Source: a virus (lineage: Duplodnaviria; Caudoviricetes). Taken from it: a DNA stretch of 38,969 nucleotides. Shown here one piece after another: positions 31,401-37,794 of the stretch. Below the pieces are notes generated by a model, which saw nothing but the letters and a program-made list of their open reading frames with translations, was not told the origin of the DNA and did no database searches. The stretch is from IMG/VR virus record IMGVR_UViG_3300020473_000060, positions 1 through 38,969 of that record; one strand, given 5' to 3'. Each line of letters begins with the position of its first letter. Position 1 is the stretch's first letter. Position numbers and translations under genes: made by a program.

Positions 31401-33851
31401 AACAGGAGTTCCTTGATAATCAAATCCCGAATCTAAAATACGAATGTCCTTCAAATTTCCAGAAACTGCAACATATCCGGTGGCACCTATACCTGCATTA
31501 TCACTAATACTTAAAACAGGGGGATTGATGATATCATAATCACTACCAGGACTTACAACATCAATTTTATTAAGTTTTCCATAATTAATGACATTTCTAG
31601 ATTTGTAATTACAAATTTGAACACCATTTATCAACATACCTGTAAATCCAGGTGCAGTTTTTGTTAAAGTACCATCATCATCGGGTGTAGTAAATTTTCT
31701 TAAAAGATTTTGAGACTCTAGAGTTTTATTTCTAAAATCAAACGGTAAAATCTGGCAATTAGTTACATTCGTATTATTATCAAGAGAAATAAATGTACCA
31801 GTACTAATATTGGTCAGATTTAAGGCTAATTTAATATTATTAGCATCTACACGAGATACAAAGTAAATTTTTTCATTGGGAGGGATTCTATTTTCAACTT
31901 CTTGTGATCCCACCATTCCTGTGACAATATATCCGACATCCCCGGCAAATAAAGAAGAATTAACCTTTATACCAGTTTTTTTAGTTCCTATAGAAGTAAA
32001 ATATTCATAATTAATTTTTTCAGGTATATAATAAACCATTTCACCTGTATAAAATCCATGATCACCAAATGGACTTATATTCCACTCCTCTCCAACGTAA
32101 GTTCCGGTAAAACTAACACTTTGAGAGTAAACATCAAGGGGTTGATTGTTATATGAAGGAAGAGAAGGAGAAGCAACTAAAAGATTAGTCTTATCCTTAT
32201 AAACATTCTGAATATTGGAAGTATAAAGAGAAGCAGCAGGAAAACTACTAGAATTAACCGTTAAAATATTCCGTTCAATTTCCCAAGTCTGATTAAGATC
32301 TAGATTACCTTGTCCTCTAATAGTAATGGATTTAGCAGAAGGTACGCTAATAATAGATGTGGTCTTTTTAGCCTTATTATTATCAATAAGAGTAGCAGCA
32401 TCTCCTAATTTAAAATAATGATCTACATTAAGGGCAATTTCATAAGTTAAATCTGATGCATCAATTAATTTAACACTTTTTACCTTATAACGAGGTGCAA
32501 CATTATAAAACCAGTTCTTAAATTTGAATTCAGTGTCTTCAACACCTAAAGTTCTTATTTTAGCAGTATCTCCTTTTGAATAGTAGTAAGTATTATCAAC
32601 AATATCATATTTACCTAAAACAGCATTAATTCTAACCTTAATTGTCTCATCAGGATCACTAAAAGATTCTCCATAAGCAAAAGTATTGATTCCAATTGAT
32701 GCCGCATTAGCAATTGTACCTGTAATATTATCAAAACCAAAGAATTGGTTTAAAGATTTGGATTTATAAGAAGCAATACCCGTTGTCCCATCCTTATACT
32801 CAATATAAAGGTCTCCTGTTGCCCCAAAACCCACTGTGGAGTCAACAATAAGCGAAGTAACACCCGATCCAACTTCTCCTATAAGACGAGTCTTTGGTGA
32901 AACGTTAAATTCTCCATAAATTGCACCATCAACTCTAATATCTCTATTATATCCTGAATCAATACTTAATTTATAGTATGTTTGACCAAATCCAACGTCA
33001 ATTGGTTCTACGGATGTAATCGGAGCATATGCTTTATTAATATCAGTTTCAAAAGGCTCTTGAAATAGTGTAGAATGCTTAAGATCTAAGGGATTTCCAC
33101 TAATTGGTTCTACTACAAGATCATTAGTAATTCTATAATTGGCATTTGACGGTGTAAATAGAAATTCCTTTGGTCTCACTATTCTTACATCTTCATTATA
33201 TAATGCTTTAAATAAAATTTCAAAAGATTTATCACTACCTTTGGTTAGGTAAAAATCTTTTGCATGTTTAATAAAGATATTTTGATCTAAGTCCTTATGA
33301 AGCTCTCTATCAGATAATCCAGGAGTAAGTTGGCGTTTTGTCTTTAATAAAAATTCTTTTAAAAATAAATTACTTAAATTAGTAATTGTAGCACCCGCTT
33401 TATGATTGGCAAAATTGGAATCTGTAAAGACCAACTCTTCGGGATTACCATCTTTATGATATGAAGTAACTCCACTAAAACCTCTTATACATCCTGTAAA
33501 AGAAGAATCAGTTTTACTTGTATATGTAATGATTTCATCATCAATCTGTAATAAACCATAAGTTTCGGGAAATCCTCTGGTTCCTCTGGGGGATAGTTCT
33601 AAATCAACATTTATAGTTTCACCCCAAAGAGTAATAGCATCCTTTAAAATAACAGATGTTTGAAGATTGGTTTGTTCCTGTACTTTAACGTATTGATCAA
33701 TATTTTGGATTAGATCAAGAGGACCACTTTCATATTCTTGACCTTGATAATAAGATTTAAAAAATTCCGCAACTAATGGAAACTCATCCCGCACATATGC
33801 AGGAAGCTGATTCTGAACTATGTTACTAAACTTAACTCTATTTTCTGACAT
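19482..33851 (-). CDS. gp7: Giant baseplate wedge initiator (gp7-like), 4789 aa, multi-domain
   Basis: Lies between gp6 and gp8; QLPAYVRDEFP..AEFFKSYY, IKHAKDFYLTKGS..SFEILFKALY and QDSFYYQNFSYAL...HTAGFKKF are gp7-type core motifs, with many inserted repeat domains. Confidence 0.85.
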   Translation of the reverse strand: MSENRVKFSNIVQNQLPAYVRDEFPLVAEFFKSYYQGQEYESGPLDLIQNIDQYVKVQEQTNLQTSVILKDAITLWGETINVDLELSPRGTRGFPETYGLLQIDDEIITYTSKTDSSFTGCIRGFSGVTSYHKDGNPEELVFTDSNFANHKAGATITNLSNLFLKEFLLKTKRQLTPGLSDRELHKDLDQNIFIKHAKDFYLTKGSDKSFEILFKALYNEDVRIVRPKEFLFTPSNANYRITNDLVVEPISGNPLDLKHSTLFQEPFETDINKAYAPITSVEPIDVGFGQTYYKLSIDSGYNRDIRVDGAIYGEFNVSPKTRLIGEVGSGVTSLIVDSTVGFGATGDLYIEYKDGTTGIASYKSKSLNQFFGFDNITGTIANAASIGINTFAYGESFSDPDETIKVRINAVLGKYDIVDNTYYYSKGDTAKIRTLGVEDTEFKFKNWFYNVAPRYKVKSVKLIDASDLTYEIALNVDHYFKLGDAATLIDNNKAKKTTSIISVPSAKSITIRGQGNLDLNQTWEIERNILTVNSSSFPAASLYTSNIQNVYKDKTNLLVASPSLPSYNNQPLDVYSQSVSFTGTYVGEEWNISPFGDHGFYTGEMVYYIPEKINYEYFTSIGTKKTGIKVNSSLFAGDVGYIVTGMVGSQEVENRIPPNEKIYFVSRVDANNIKLALNLTNISTGTFISLDNNTNVTNCQILPFDFRNKTLESQNLLRKFTTPDDDGTLTKTAPGFTGMLINGVQICNYKSRNVINYGKLNKIDVVSPGSDYDIINPPVLSISDNAGIGATGYVAVSGNLKDIRILDSGFDYQGTPVVTITGGNGSGAVASINMKEEINSVSFNAQGGGIYPEVNLNLDTIGFGTYHKFSSGERVVYDTNNQQPIGGITTSSVYYVSLVGLTSVKLHANQGDALIGINTISLTSHGIGKQYINSYDKKSIVEGINVISSGSGYENKKRTVKSATGINTSLNQIVIDNHDYKSGEVINYVETTDTVIGGLTVDTEYYVTAIDDNNFKLSAVGVGTTNNNFYYESQQYIDLTSVGVGTQTFNYPDISVQVIGNVGIASTGTETFECEIQPIFRGEITSVHLMSNGVGYGNSEIINFNREPQVRLGSGQDAQLSPIIANGVITEVVVLKQGEGYNSPPTLTINGDGIGAVITPVMVDNKISDVNVIHGGNGYSPSTTSIEIEFPGSGVEFDPDVQTWTINLFERHLANFTADDGYIPEEFNVDKGLQYSALYAPRKLRESVYATDQGGITLYGDKDLQIVGGKEIESDQHSPILGWAYDGNPIYGPYGYVKRSGGVVAQMKSGYSLNSPDQRPPTSLYPQGFFVEDYVYKEVEDPTVLDENNGRFCITPEFPQGTYAYFTTINNGSADSGGVFDGYKRPIFPYLIGANYGSIPNEFNFSHKSNQNNVNLDNSVWNRNTAPYNLIEGDVEYEYFYIPDKLSQTIDIKSVTPGVIEKVGILTGGVLYQVGDAAVFDNTDTQGYGAAAKVSVIGGKDVETISVGSSIISNVEIYPGNIKGEYILRSQNPHNFKNVDIVNVSGLSTTSSKIGGVYNIGVATNRFTVTGIGTDDSTGIAATATTGFVTFFNVTGDLSYPAIEPNDILKIGAERVKVLNVQPQFDRIRVLRAVDGTIGAAHTVTSILYQDQRRLTINAGFNTTYNSNRNTQIYFNPSETVGLGTTAAVGIGTTISLSNPGTGISEIFVPTKTLYIPGHNLKTNDELTYSPNGGSGLVVLRQEASYPSGISTLSDGDTLYVAKINDTLIGLSSVTVGMGTTGTWVGIATTASSTFFFTGLGTGVYHSLKTNYDPITAELERHLVTVSGGSTHGLTNNDKVTVDVNPGVTTDITLKYNDYSRRLLVNPKSFIASGVNTSTDTFTITNHGFVTGQKVLYTADTSIIEGLQNDGIYYIVRTDENNFKLSDTHYNSTLSKPSIVGVASTASGNINPINPQLKFYKDSTASFDLSDSSLSYTIQGTTYPAFELNFYTDQNFTNLWYKSAADPNFAVDRIGTVGSVGAKVNLTINKHTPLLYYRLDYIYESDLPNVKKEIVVDKGVSAGNEIITTSSLYNGEHVITTTSTTDFTYTLTKLPEQPSYASTISNVVYDTTSTSAFGPIKKFDILNKGSNYYSIPGISTITSVVGSTAVVEPSSTSVGTIKRTEINNIGYNFPSDTTLNPSILLPQIIDIDHLAAFQSIGITSQGRGYQAPPKLLVFDGKTKKQVSNVDIRYKLGDQQVTIYRNPTGLSRAYAPTIIPVENSNGVGISTVGFNTITRDAFVKLGVGFSTENVFPLEVNDKFLIEGISVGVGSTGKNFNSADYNHTLFTVTSLDKNIGGVGATITYSMASLIDEGVDIGTFDAANSSGRIIPEKYFPVFDIQLTTQEYLEGETVTSESASGTVEQWDFNNEILKISSADDFKVGEVIRGESSTTQGTATSIRSFDSTITLDASSKVLHGWETDSGVLNYNMQRVQDSFYYQNFSYALRSRVAEEKWDDVVSSINHTAGFKKFSDYQMETTNENSSMVVGLTTGTTSLEVVTDLIGFGDLNCVEDFDLVTENSLNLPTIVSDEIIFSNRILMDYQESVGNRVLSIDDMSGTFNSSPRATKFSVVDTFKLADVRAQKYITYVVDQRYTQERQLMIVDLLHDGAFGYINQYGRVETEYDQGSFDFAITGDLGQLQWYPNKFSVNDYDITCLSYNLNDNFLGIGTTALSDVAIIQSSSTKVPSATTTTIVGIASTYRSAKILVEITPDASGDGTINSTEWQFDEVNILHDGSNVHLLDYGELITTPGGYSGAGFGTYYPYIDGTDLKVDFVPNAGIGTTCVVNTIYVAIAQTSSGIGTIQMNHALIEARTKDIAASGTPIAVPVAEYSNDYNGAHFLVQVTDTTNNHYQTSEIIVVDNYIEDPSVTVQTYDTEYATINSHSDLGIFSSSISGLGTVSLYFQPNASIAVEVKTYMNALKNVLASKDEIDFTNATIESGFETYTGTERDIKRSFNLTHQNYNIFERYFLANDSAIVSADDNSVTIPNHFWVTGEKITYNHVGTSNSGIGIASTDGFVGVGTTTFLPSEVFVVKVNDDTIKFAETAEKALKVVPETVDITSVGIGTSHRFISQKQNQKVLMALDNIIQSPVVSTAVTTTLSNELLGVQNIAEFSGITSFFGADLIKIDDEIMKIEGVGIGSTNFIRLRREWLGTTLAGHGTDSLVTKVIGNYNIVNNLLTFTEAPYGNVPISSTTNPPDDRDWVGISTGSHFQGRTFMRSGETNSSNESYSENLIFDSLSNQFNGINDTFTLKSNNENVSGIQTDSIILVNDIFQANGSTYQYTIAESSGISSITFTGTATSIASDPGGSNLPMGGVIVSVGSSEGFGYQPLVAAGGTAIVSTAGTVSSISLGYTGSGYRSGIQTVNVAIKTESLTGANIVSIGTASIVDGYITGVAVTNPHVFGKAKSIAHVGYSTAQGLTTVTTHLPHELSLGDEIDLSGIAFTCSYSPRLGITNVGYDTVTGIMTVTTAAAHGYNTTGKTSRVIFTGLAFTCGLDNGESTHYYPRGQDLAYDTAVEVIKNGTLKTVTNAAYNPVTGIMTVTVPSHGLSNGDKVLLENNSIQFICEKDGGKTAHSYPRPSDPIAGQWVTISNKTTNTFRIQVLSVAPSTNVGIHTFVGSTPNGITLHDDKISVNVGYGGPADQFAHTFVGIGTSAVITGGDYTHQFVSAASSAVVTGGNYTHTFVSAVGGGVTVTGIGTTTPTAASYDASTGELVLTVGAGHTYTTDDTVGFSTNAIVFTCSLDGNTSAHAYPRSSDPITGMGVTAITGVGDTTITVNVGSSPLSYYNVSDASYTASTGELALTIGNHSLTGPSTHTVTAAQYNPVSGIMTVFVGTANSFSSGDKVRFDNDSLTFTCALDGHTANKTYPRSGSGSTTDPFSGKWRSISGIGSTSFEVQVLDTIPSSYTGVHTFVSASAGGLHKMGESVKIEQDSLTFRCSMDDYATLHTYPRYSDPGFSTCLGITTVSSNTITLNVGVSTIVKYDVTAADYFPATGIMTMTIGDHTLRKGSSIKIATESLKFTCAKDGGITTHRYPRKPDPTYSGVDVTAVNSTTEFEVNVGPSTVPTFYVGLGSVQGAIMAPRANNFSASKTDPASGGTTVLRVLDNKTFEVNTGVSTLEHFYARGGSLQRSLEVVFDDPTSYSNIPLQYASGYSGIGTAATIDVVVGQGSSIINFRVDETGYGYGNGEFLTVPIGGTTGIPTTSSYSEFLVEITETFNDEFTGWSIGLLQVLDNWDDDFDGDTTTFQLTENGGDLISIRSRKGSQINVQDVLLIWINDILQVPGKGYKFDGGSIVTFTEAPKKDDTSKVIFYKGSGAADVVDREIIETVKKGDTLTIGRLPDQFEYLVEDPRTVMQVDSTDVVSTNPYYGPGNTADESLERPVKWCRQTEDKIINEIPIGKDREHYEPQIHPFAYITKTVGIGSTTIYVDSLRPLFDTYNEKEDKTQLSFQDKVKFIKQETLTGAAGTAIVSAAGTISSIDITEGGVGYSTAVVSIASTVGVGTTTQAMGSVTISGVGTVTGVAITNPGVGYTWTDVPSVLISHPVLTDEDNPVGTYSGDQGNIVGFGTTTIASGTQLIFDLFIPFDSFMRDGNLTGTAVTVSGIGTDDYFVVSNSNMGTGSTSITSLDVDDNTVGIGTSFVDNVYQVNSTEEIDKVIGGGTTTIRRVFVKVDGNGPHGLSTTSGISTSDYMGTYSWGRIDLTSRAGLNSYTAYTQSGITGITTSLIVERFNPLRYKGYQEH
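21340..23500 (-). repeat. Protein-level repeat array inside gp7 (about 7 units of Y.P.TG.MT.T...H...FTC..D.....H.YPR..DP)
   Basis: Visible in the translation; units have diverged at DNA level; boundaries approximate. Confidence 0.8.
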
Positions 33852-33852
33852 T

Positions 33853-35793
33853 TTATGATCTTACTAATGTCCCGTTGTGATAACTTGATGTTACTGTATA
33901 TGATGATGCAGCGGGATCAAGTCCTGAGGATATATCATCCACAATCATTTCAAAATTACTGCTATTAATATCTAGTTGTAAATAAAGATCCTGTAATCCG
34001 ATCACATCATTGGATTTGGGACACGCCGATATTTCTACAATAGTTTGACCATCCTTTAATTTCCCAGAAACTATATTAATTGGATTTAAAGTAACTATCC
34101 CACTCTTATAATTAATCGTTCCAACATTTCTTCTAACAATAGTAGGAGATGTGGAATTGACAGTAGGAACTGTAAAGAAGAAAATAGATCCATTTTCTCC
34201 ATTAGTATTAGGTACATCAGAAAGGTAAATATCAGTTGAAATACCTTGAATTCTAAATGCAGTTGATTTTATATTATATCCATTCATACTTTTAATATAA
34301 AATTCATTTCCAAATCCAATTTGATACTCTGCCAGTGAATTTAAAGCACATCTCATATCACGACGCATTTCTACTGTTGTAATATTAGAAGTAACTGCTT
34401 GATCACTATCATCGATCACTTTTAAAAACTTACTATACTTAAATCGAGCACCATACCGATTCAATTCGGTGGATTCCGCATATGCCGTAGCATTTTGTTG
34501 AACTAATGTGGAAACATACTCACCCGAAGGAGCTAAATTGGTGTTATAATAGATTTTTGAGTCCACTTCAAGGTAAAGATATTTTAAATCAAGAATTTCG
34601 GGGACAATTCCCGCCACTGCATACTTTTTAAGCTTATTTTTAATACTTTCTTTCAATAAATTAGGTAAAAAATCACCTGTTCGGGGTTTTATACTAATAA
34701 AAACCTTTCCATATTGAGGTGGAACTAATTCTTCACCTCCAAAAACAGAAATTGACTCTGTTTCGGGGTAAATTTTAGCAGGAATTAGTGTTTCATAGTC
34801 ATTTGCACTGACTGCACGGTTTTGAGAAGCATAAATTCGAGGTGCAAACTTTTTAACCGAGTCTACACTCTCAATATTTTCCCCACCAGACGATTGAAGA
34901 ACAGTAGTGATTAAAGAAATACCAGAAGTGACTGAATAATCTAAGGAATTTCGCACATAACTCAATTTTCCAGAAAATGTAAAAGCATTAATGCCATTTG
35001 CGGCATCTCCACTAGAAACAATGTAATCTGCTATAATATAATTTCCTTCTTCTAGTTGTTTTCCAAAAATATTGTCTCCAAAAAAGATTTCATATCTCTC
35101 ATCTGCAATTTCTTGAATATAATATACCTTAGATTCACTTCCAATATCAAAAAGACTGTTTTGAGAACTATATTTTGTACCTGATGTAGAAGAACTAGTC
35201 CCTCTAACGGTAACATTTAACAAATCGGTATCAATTCCCGTATTTGGTAGGTTAAATCGTTGATCGGGGTTTAATGCACTAAATGTAAAGGTTGAAGTTA
35301 ATAATGTTCCTTCATAAACCTTAATATTATTAAAATTAGCAAAGGAATTTCCATCTGCATCTGTAACAATAGGAACAGTAATATCTTCCAAAATAGAGAA
35401 AACATATGCATTATTACCAAACGTTCCAGAAGTCGCTGCCACAGGTCCCTTATTGAGTGTGAGAGTAGCGGGAGCAGGGTTTACGCTAGTTACATCAACA
35501 AAGAAGTTAATAGTCGCTACAGACGCTTTACGGGACCTAGGAAGATATCCAATATTTCTTGCTAATGAAACTACATTTTCTCGTAGTGTTGCACTATCAA
35601 TAAAGACTTCATTAGTCACCATATTTGCATTATATGATGAAATATAAGTATTATATGCCAAAACATCTAAAATTGAGGAAAGATTAGATCCTTCAAAGTC
35701 ATAATCTGTAAAATTAGAATTTGATCTTAAATAATCTTTAAGCGAAAGCTTAACTTGATCAAAATCAAGGTTAGAAAAGTTAACTAATGGCAT
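33853..35793 (-). CDS. gp6: Baseplate wedge subunit
   Basis: LDFDQVK.SLKDYL...FTDYDFEGSNLS.ILDVLAYNTY...NEVFIDSATLRENVVSLAR.IGY.PRS; QNRAVSANDYE. Confidence 0.97.
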   Translation of the reverse strand: MPLVNFSNLDFDQVKLSLKDYLRSNSNFTDYDFEGSNLSSILDVLAYNTYISSYNANMVTNEVFIDSATLRENVVSLARNIGYLPRSRKASVATINFFVDVTSVNPAPATLTLNKGPVAATSGTFGNNAYVFSILEDITVPIVTDADGNSFANFNNIKVYEGTLLTSTFTFSALNPDQRFNLPNTGIDTDLLNVTVRGTSSSTSGTKYSSQNSLFDIGSESKVYYIQEIADERYEIFFGDNIFGKQLEEGNYIIADYIVSSGDAANGINAFTFSGKLSYVRNSLDYSVTSGISLITTVLQSSGGENIESVDSVKKFAPRIYASQNRAVSANDYETLIPAKIYPETESISVFGGEELVPPQYGKVFISIKPRTGDFLPNLLKESIKNKLKKYAVAGIVPEILDLKYLYLEVDSKIYYNTNLAPSGEYVSTLVQQNATAYAESTELNRYGARFKYSKFLKVIDDSDQAVTSNITTVEMRRDMRCALNSLAEYQIGFGNEFYIKSMNGYNIKSTAFRIQGISTDIYLSDVPNTNGENGSIFFFTVPTVNSTSPTIVRRNVGTINYKSGIVTLNPINIVSGKLKDGQTIVEISACPKSNDVIGLQDLYLQLDINSSNFEMIVDDISSGLDPAASSYTVTSSYHNGTLVRS

Positions 35794-35794
35794 T

Positions 35795-36196
35795 TTACCT
35801 AGTCGGCTGCAAAGCGAATGATAGTTCTTGTGGAGGAACGTCAGCTCCTATAATTTCATATCTAATAACTGTATCAAATTCATAGTTATCATAATTAGGA
35901 TTTACCTCTACATTAATTAAATTAACCCTAGGTTCATAATTTACGATAGAATATTCAATTTCATCTCTGATTTCAGAAGCAGTAATTTCATCTACATTCT
36001 CAAAAAGTAACTTGGAGATGCGAGATCCATAATCTTCATCGAAAAATTTCTCTCCGGGTTCTGTCATTACAATATTTCTTACAGAACGAGCAATAGCATT
36101 ACTATTTTTAAGCCCAATTAGATCATTATTTAAGGGATTTACCTTAAATGTCATACTAATATCCTTAAAACCTTGACTAACTCGTTCTAGTGGCAT
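35795..36196 (-). CDS. gp25: Baseplate wedge subunit / sheath initiator (GPW/gp25 family)
   Basis: FKDISMTF..NP...D.....N..AI.RSVRNIVMT.PGEKFF...YGS...LLFE...YEPRV. Confidence 0.95.
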   Translation of the reverse strand: MPLERVSQGFKDISMTFKVNPLNNDLIGLKNSNAIARSVRNIVMTEPGEKFFDEDYGSRISKLLFENVDEITASEIRDEIEYSIVNYEPRVNLINVEVNPNYDNYEFDTVIRYEIIGADVPPQELSFALQPTR

Positions 36197-36226
36197 TTAT
36201 TACGATAGTATAAAGTTATTATATTT

Positions 36227-36234
36227 TATTTATT
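36227..36234 (-). promoter_or_regulatory. T4-type late promoter AATAAATA heading the baseplate operon
   Basis: About 30 nt upstream of the gp25 ATG. Confidence 0.7.
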
Positions 36235-36242
36235 AAGGATTT

Positions 36243-36416
36243 TTACGTAATAATCATAGTTTGATCATCATAATCAAGTCCATCTTCATCATAAAGGTCA
36301 TTTTGCACCCTAGTATCGCGTTTTTTAGGTGTTATTTTATCATTTGCAATCTCGCGAAGCATTTTTTGGTGTTGATGGTTCGCTAAATTATCAAGAAAAT
36401 CATTAGATTCTTTCAT
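36243..36416 (-). CDS. Unannotated 57-aa hypothetical protein
   Basis: MKESNDFLDNLANHQHQKMLREIANDKITPKKRDTRVQNDLYDEDGLDYDDQTMIIT*; TAAGGT upstream; fills the intergenic gap. Confidence 0.7.
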   Translation of the reverse strand: MKESNDFLDNLANHQHQKMLREIANDKITPKKRDTRVQNDLYDEDGLDYDDQTMIIT

Positions 36417-36433
36417 TTTACTACCTTAGTATT

Positions 36434-36457
36434 AAAAAAAGACCCTTTCGGGTCTTT
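36434..36457 (-). terminator. Rho-independent terminator
   Basis: Minus strand AAAGACCC-GAAA-GGGTCTTTTTTT: perfect stem, GNRA tetraloop and U7 tract, just after a stop codon. Confidence 0.9.
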
Positions 36458-36462
36458 ATTAT

Positions 36463-36615
36463 TTATTTTCCTTGTCCGCGGTACTTTTTCTTTGCTCTAT
36501 TTCGAGAGGAAGCGGCATATTTAGTATGTTTACCTCTTCCTTGTCGAGTTTTCTTGGGGATTGTTTCTACAAATGTTGAAGAACCCCATGATCCTTGCTT
36601 AGTTTTTACTGCCAT
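36463..36615 (-). CDS. Unannotated 50-aa highly basic protein
   Basis: MAVKTKQGSWGSSTFVETIPKKTRQGRGKHTKYAASSRNRAKKKYRGQGK*; followed directly by the terminator. Confidence 0.8.
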   Translation of the reverse strand: MAVKTKQGSWGSSTFVETIPKKTRQGRGKHTKYAASSRNRAKKKYRGQGK

Positions 36616-36638
36616 AATTTACTTCGAGAAACGCCGTT

Positions 36639-37460
36639 TTAGATAATTCGAGTTTTTTCGTGACCAACCCTTATACGAGGATCGCACCAGATGTCCCATC
36701 CTTTCTCAATTGCATCAAGACAGAATGAAACGTCTTCCCCACACATATCCTGAACTGCACCAGATTCAAATTGTTGCATCTTAGGAGCAAACCAAGGATA
36801 TTCAAGATCTTCAAATACGCCCTTCTTAATAAGAACCCAACCAAATCCTGTATAATCAACAGTAAATGGTTTCTTTCTTTTCGAGATGCTTTCGACGGTC
36901 TCATGATTCATAACACCACCGTTTTTGCGGAATTCATCTTCCTCTAACCAATGAGCAACAGAAGTAGTTGCACCATCCTCAGTGGCATACCAACCAGCAG
37001 TAATAGAACGTTGGTTAAGAAGTTCTTCATTCCAACTTACAATATTACCTGCTTCATCTGTGGTAGCTGCTTCTGCTGGTACTGCAAGATCACATAACTG
37101 CCAGAATTTGTTTGTATCAAAGACAATATCCGAGTCAATCCATAATTGATAATCATACTTTAACTTTCCATCCCAAGGAATTTGATCAGGTCCTCTGAGA
37201 ACATTTGCTCCAAGACACTTACATCGTGCAAAGTTAACCATCGATGAATAGTCCTGGGATATCTGGATAGACATACCATTCTGAACCATGTCAAAGCATA
37301 ACTGCACAAAATTTTTCAGAAAAATGTATGAACATCCACGACCTGGAAGACAAAATACAATTGTCTTTCCTTTCATTCTTTTTTTAATCGCGTCAATGTT
37401 CCATTCATCCTTCTTTTTAGGTTTGGGAGCATTGGCTTTAACAGTAAATCCTTTTGCCAT
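36639..37460 (-). CDS. GT-A fold glycosyltransferase-like protein
   Basis: IVFCLPG; ARCKC; DxD motif in YDYQLWIDSDIVF; VDYTGFGWVLIKKGVFE..EYPWF; GEDVSFC; IWCDP.IRVGHEK. Confidence 0.8.
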   Translation of the reverse strand: MAKGFTVKANAPKPKKKDEWNIDAIKKRMKGKTIVFCLPGRGCSYIFLKNFVQLCFDMVQNGMSIQISQDYSSMVNFARCKCLGANVLRGPDQIPWDGKLKYDYQLWIDSDIVFDTNKFWQLCDLAVPAEAATTDEAGNIVSWNEELLNQRSITAGWYATEDGATTSVAHWLEEDEFRKNGGVMNHETVESISKRKKPFTVDYTGFGWVLIKKGVFEDLEYPWFAPKMQQFESGAVQDMCGEDVSFCLDAIEKGWDIWCDPRIRVGHEKTRII

Positions 37461-37483
37461 AATAGTTTAGTACCTTCACTTCA

Positions 37484-37512
37484 ATTATAGAGTAATTATA
37501 TCTATATGTCAA
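37484..37512 (-). promoter_or_regulatory. Perfect-consensus sigma70 promoter TTGACA-N17-TATAAT
   Basis: TTGACA tatagatataattactc TATAAT, with an A-tract (UP-like) upstream and GAAGGT before the glycosyltransferase ATG. Confidence 0.9.
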
Positions 37513-37542
37513 TCTTTTTTCTTAATACCGTATATTCCCTAC

Positions 37543-37794
37543 TTAATAACTATCACCACCCTCTGGTTCTTTCCAAGTAATTGTACCTCCTCCTCCCCCT
37601 ATACCTGCTGAAACTTTCTCATATGATATATCTTTCTCAGCATAATCTGTCCTCATCAACCCAACTAATGCTTTTAATTGAGTAAATGTTTCCTTAAATT
37701 CTGCTTCGTTTAAACTATGATATACGCATTCTCCTTTAATGTATATGTGATAAACTTCTTGGTCGCCCGTTATGTTTTGGGTATATCCTGACAT
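37543..37794 (-). CDS. Hypothetical 83-aa protein
   Basis: Open frame on the same strand as its neighbours (VYHIY.K..C.YHSL.E.EF); no family recognised. Confidence 0.7.
   Translation of the reverse strand: MSGYTQNITGDQEVYHIYIKGECVYHSLNEAEFKETFTQLKALVGLMRTDYAEKDISYEKVSAGIGGGGGTITWKEPEGGDSY

Noticed and set aside
5533-36904. Short minus-strand alternative-frame ORFs (5533-5715, 14185-14394, 15217-15429, 23726-23956, 36671-36904)
   Set aside because: Nested out of frame within conserved genes; Leu-rich composition typical of frame-shift shadows; no initiation signals
1214-37470. Plus-strand ORFs in the track (e.g. 1214-1435, 1890-2102, 3809-4282, 6200-6463, 7364-7726, 15414-15710, 20079-20369, 20970-21272, 35453-35647, 37288-37470)
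   Set aside because: Antisense shadows of well-supported minus-strand genes; the Pro-rich 1890-2102 is just the reverse of the Gly-Asn repeat
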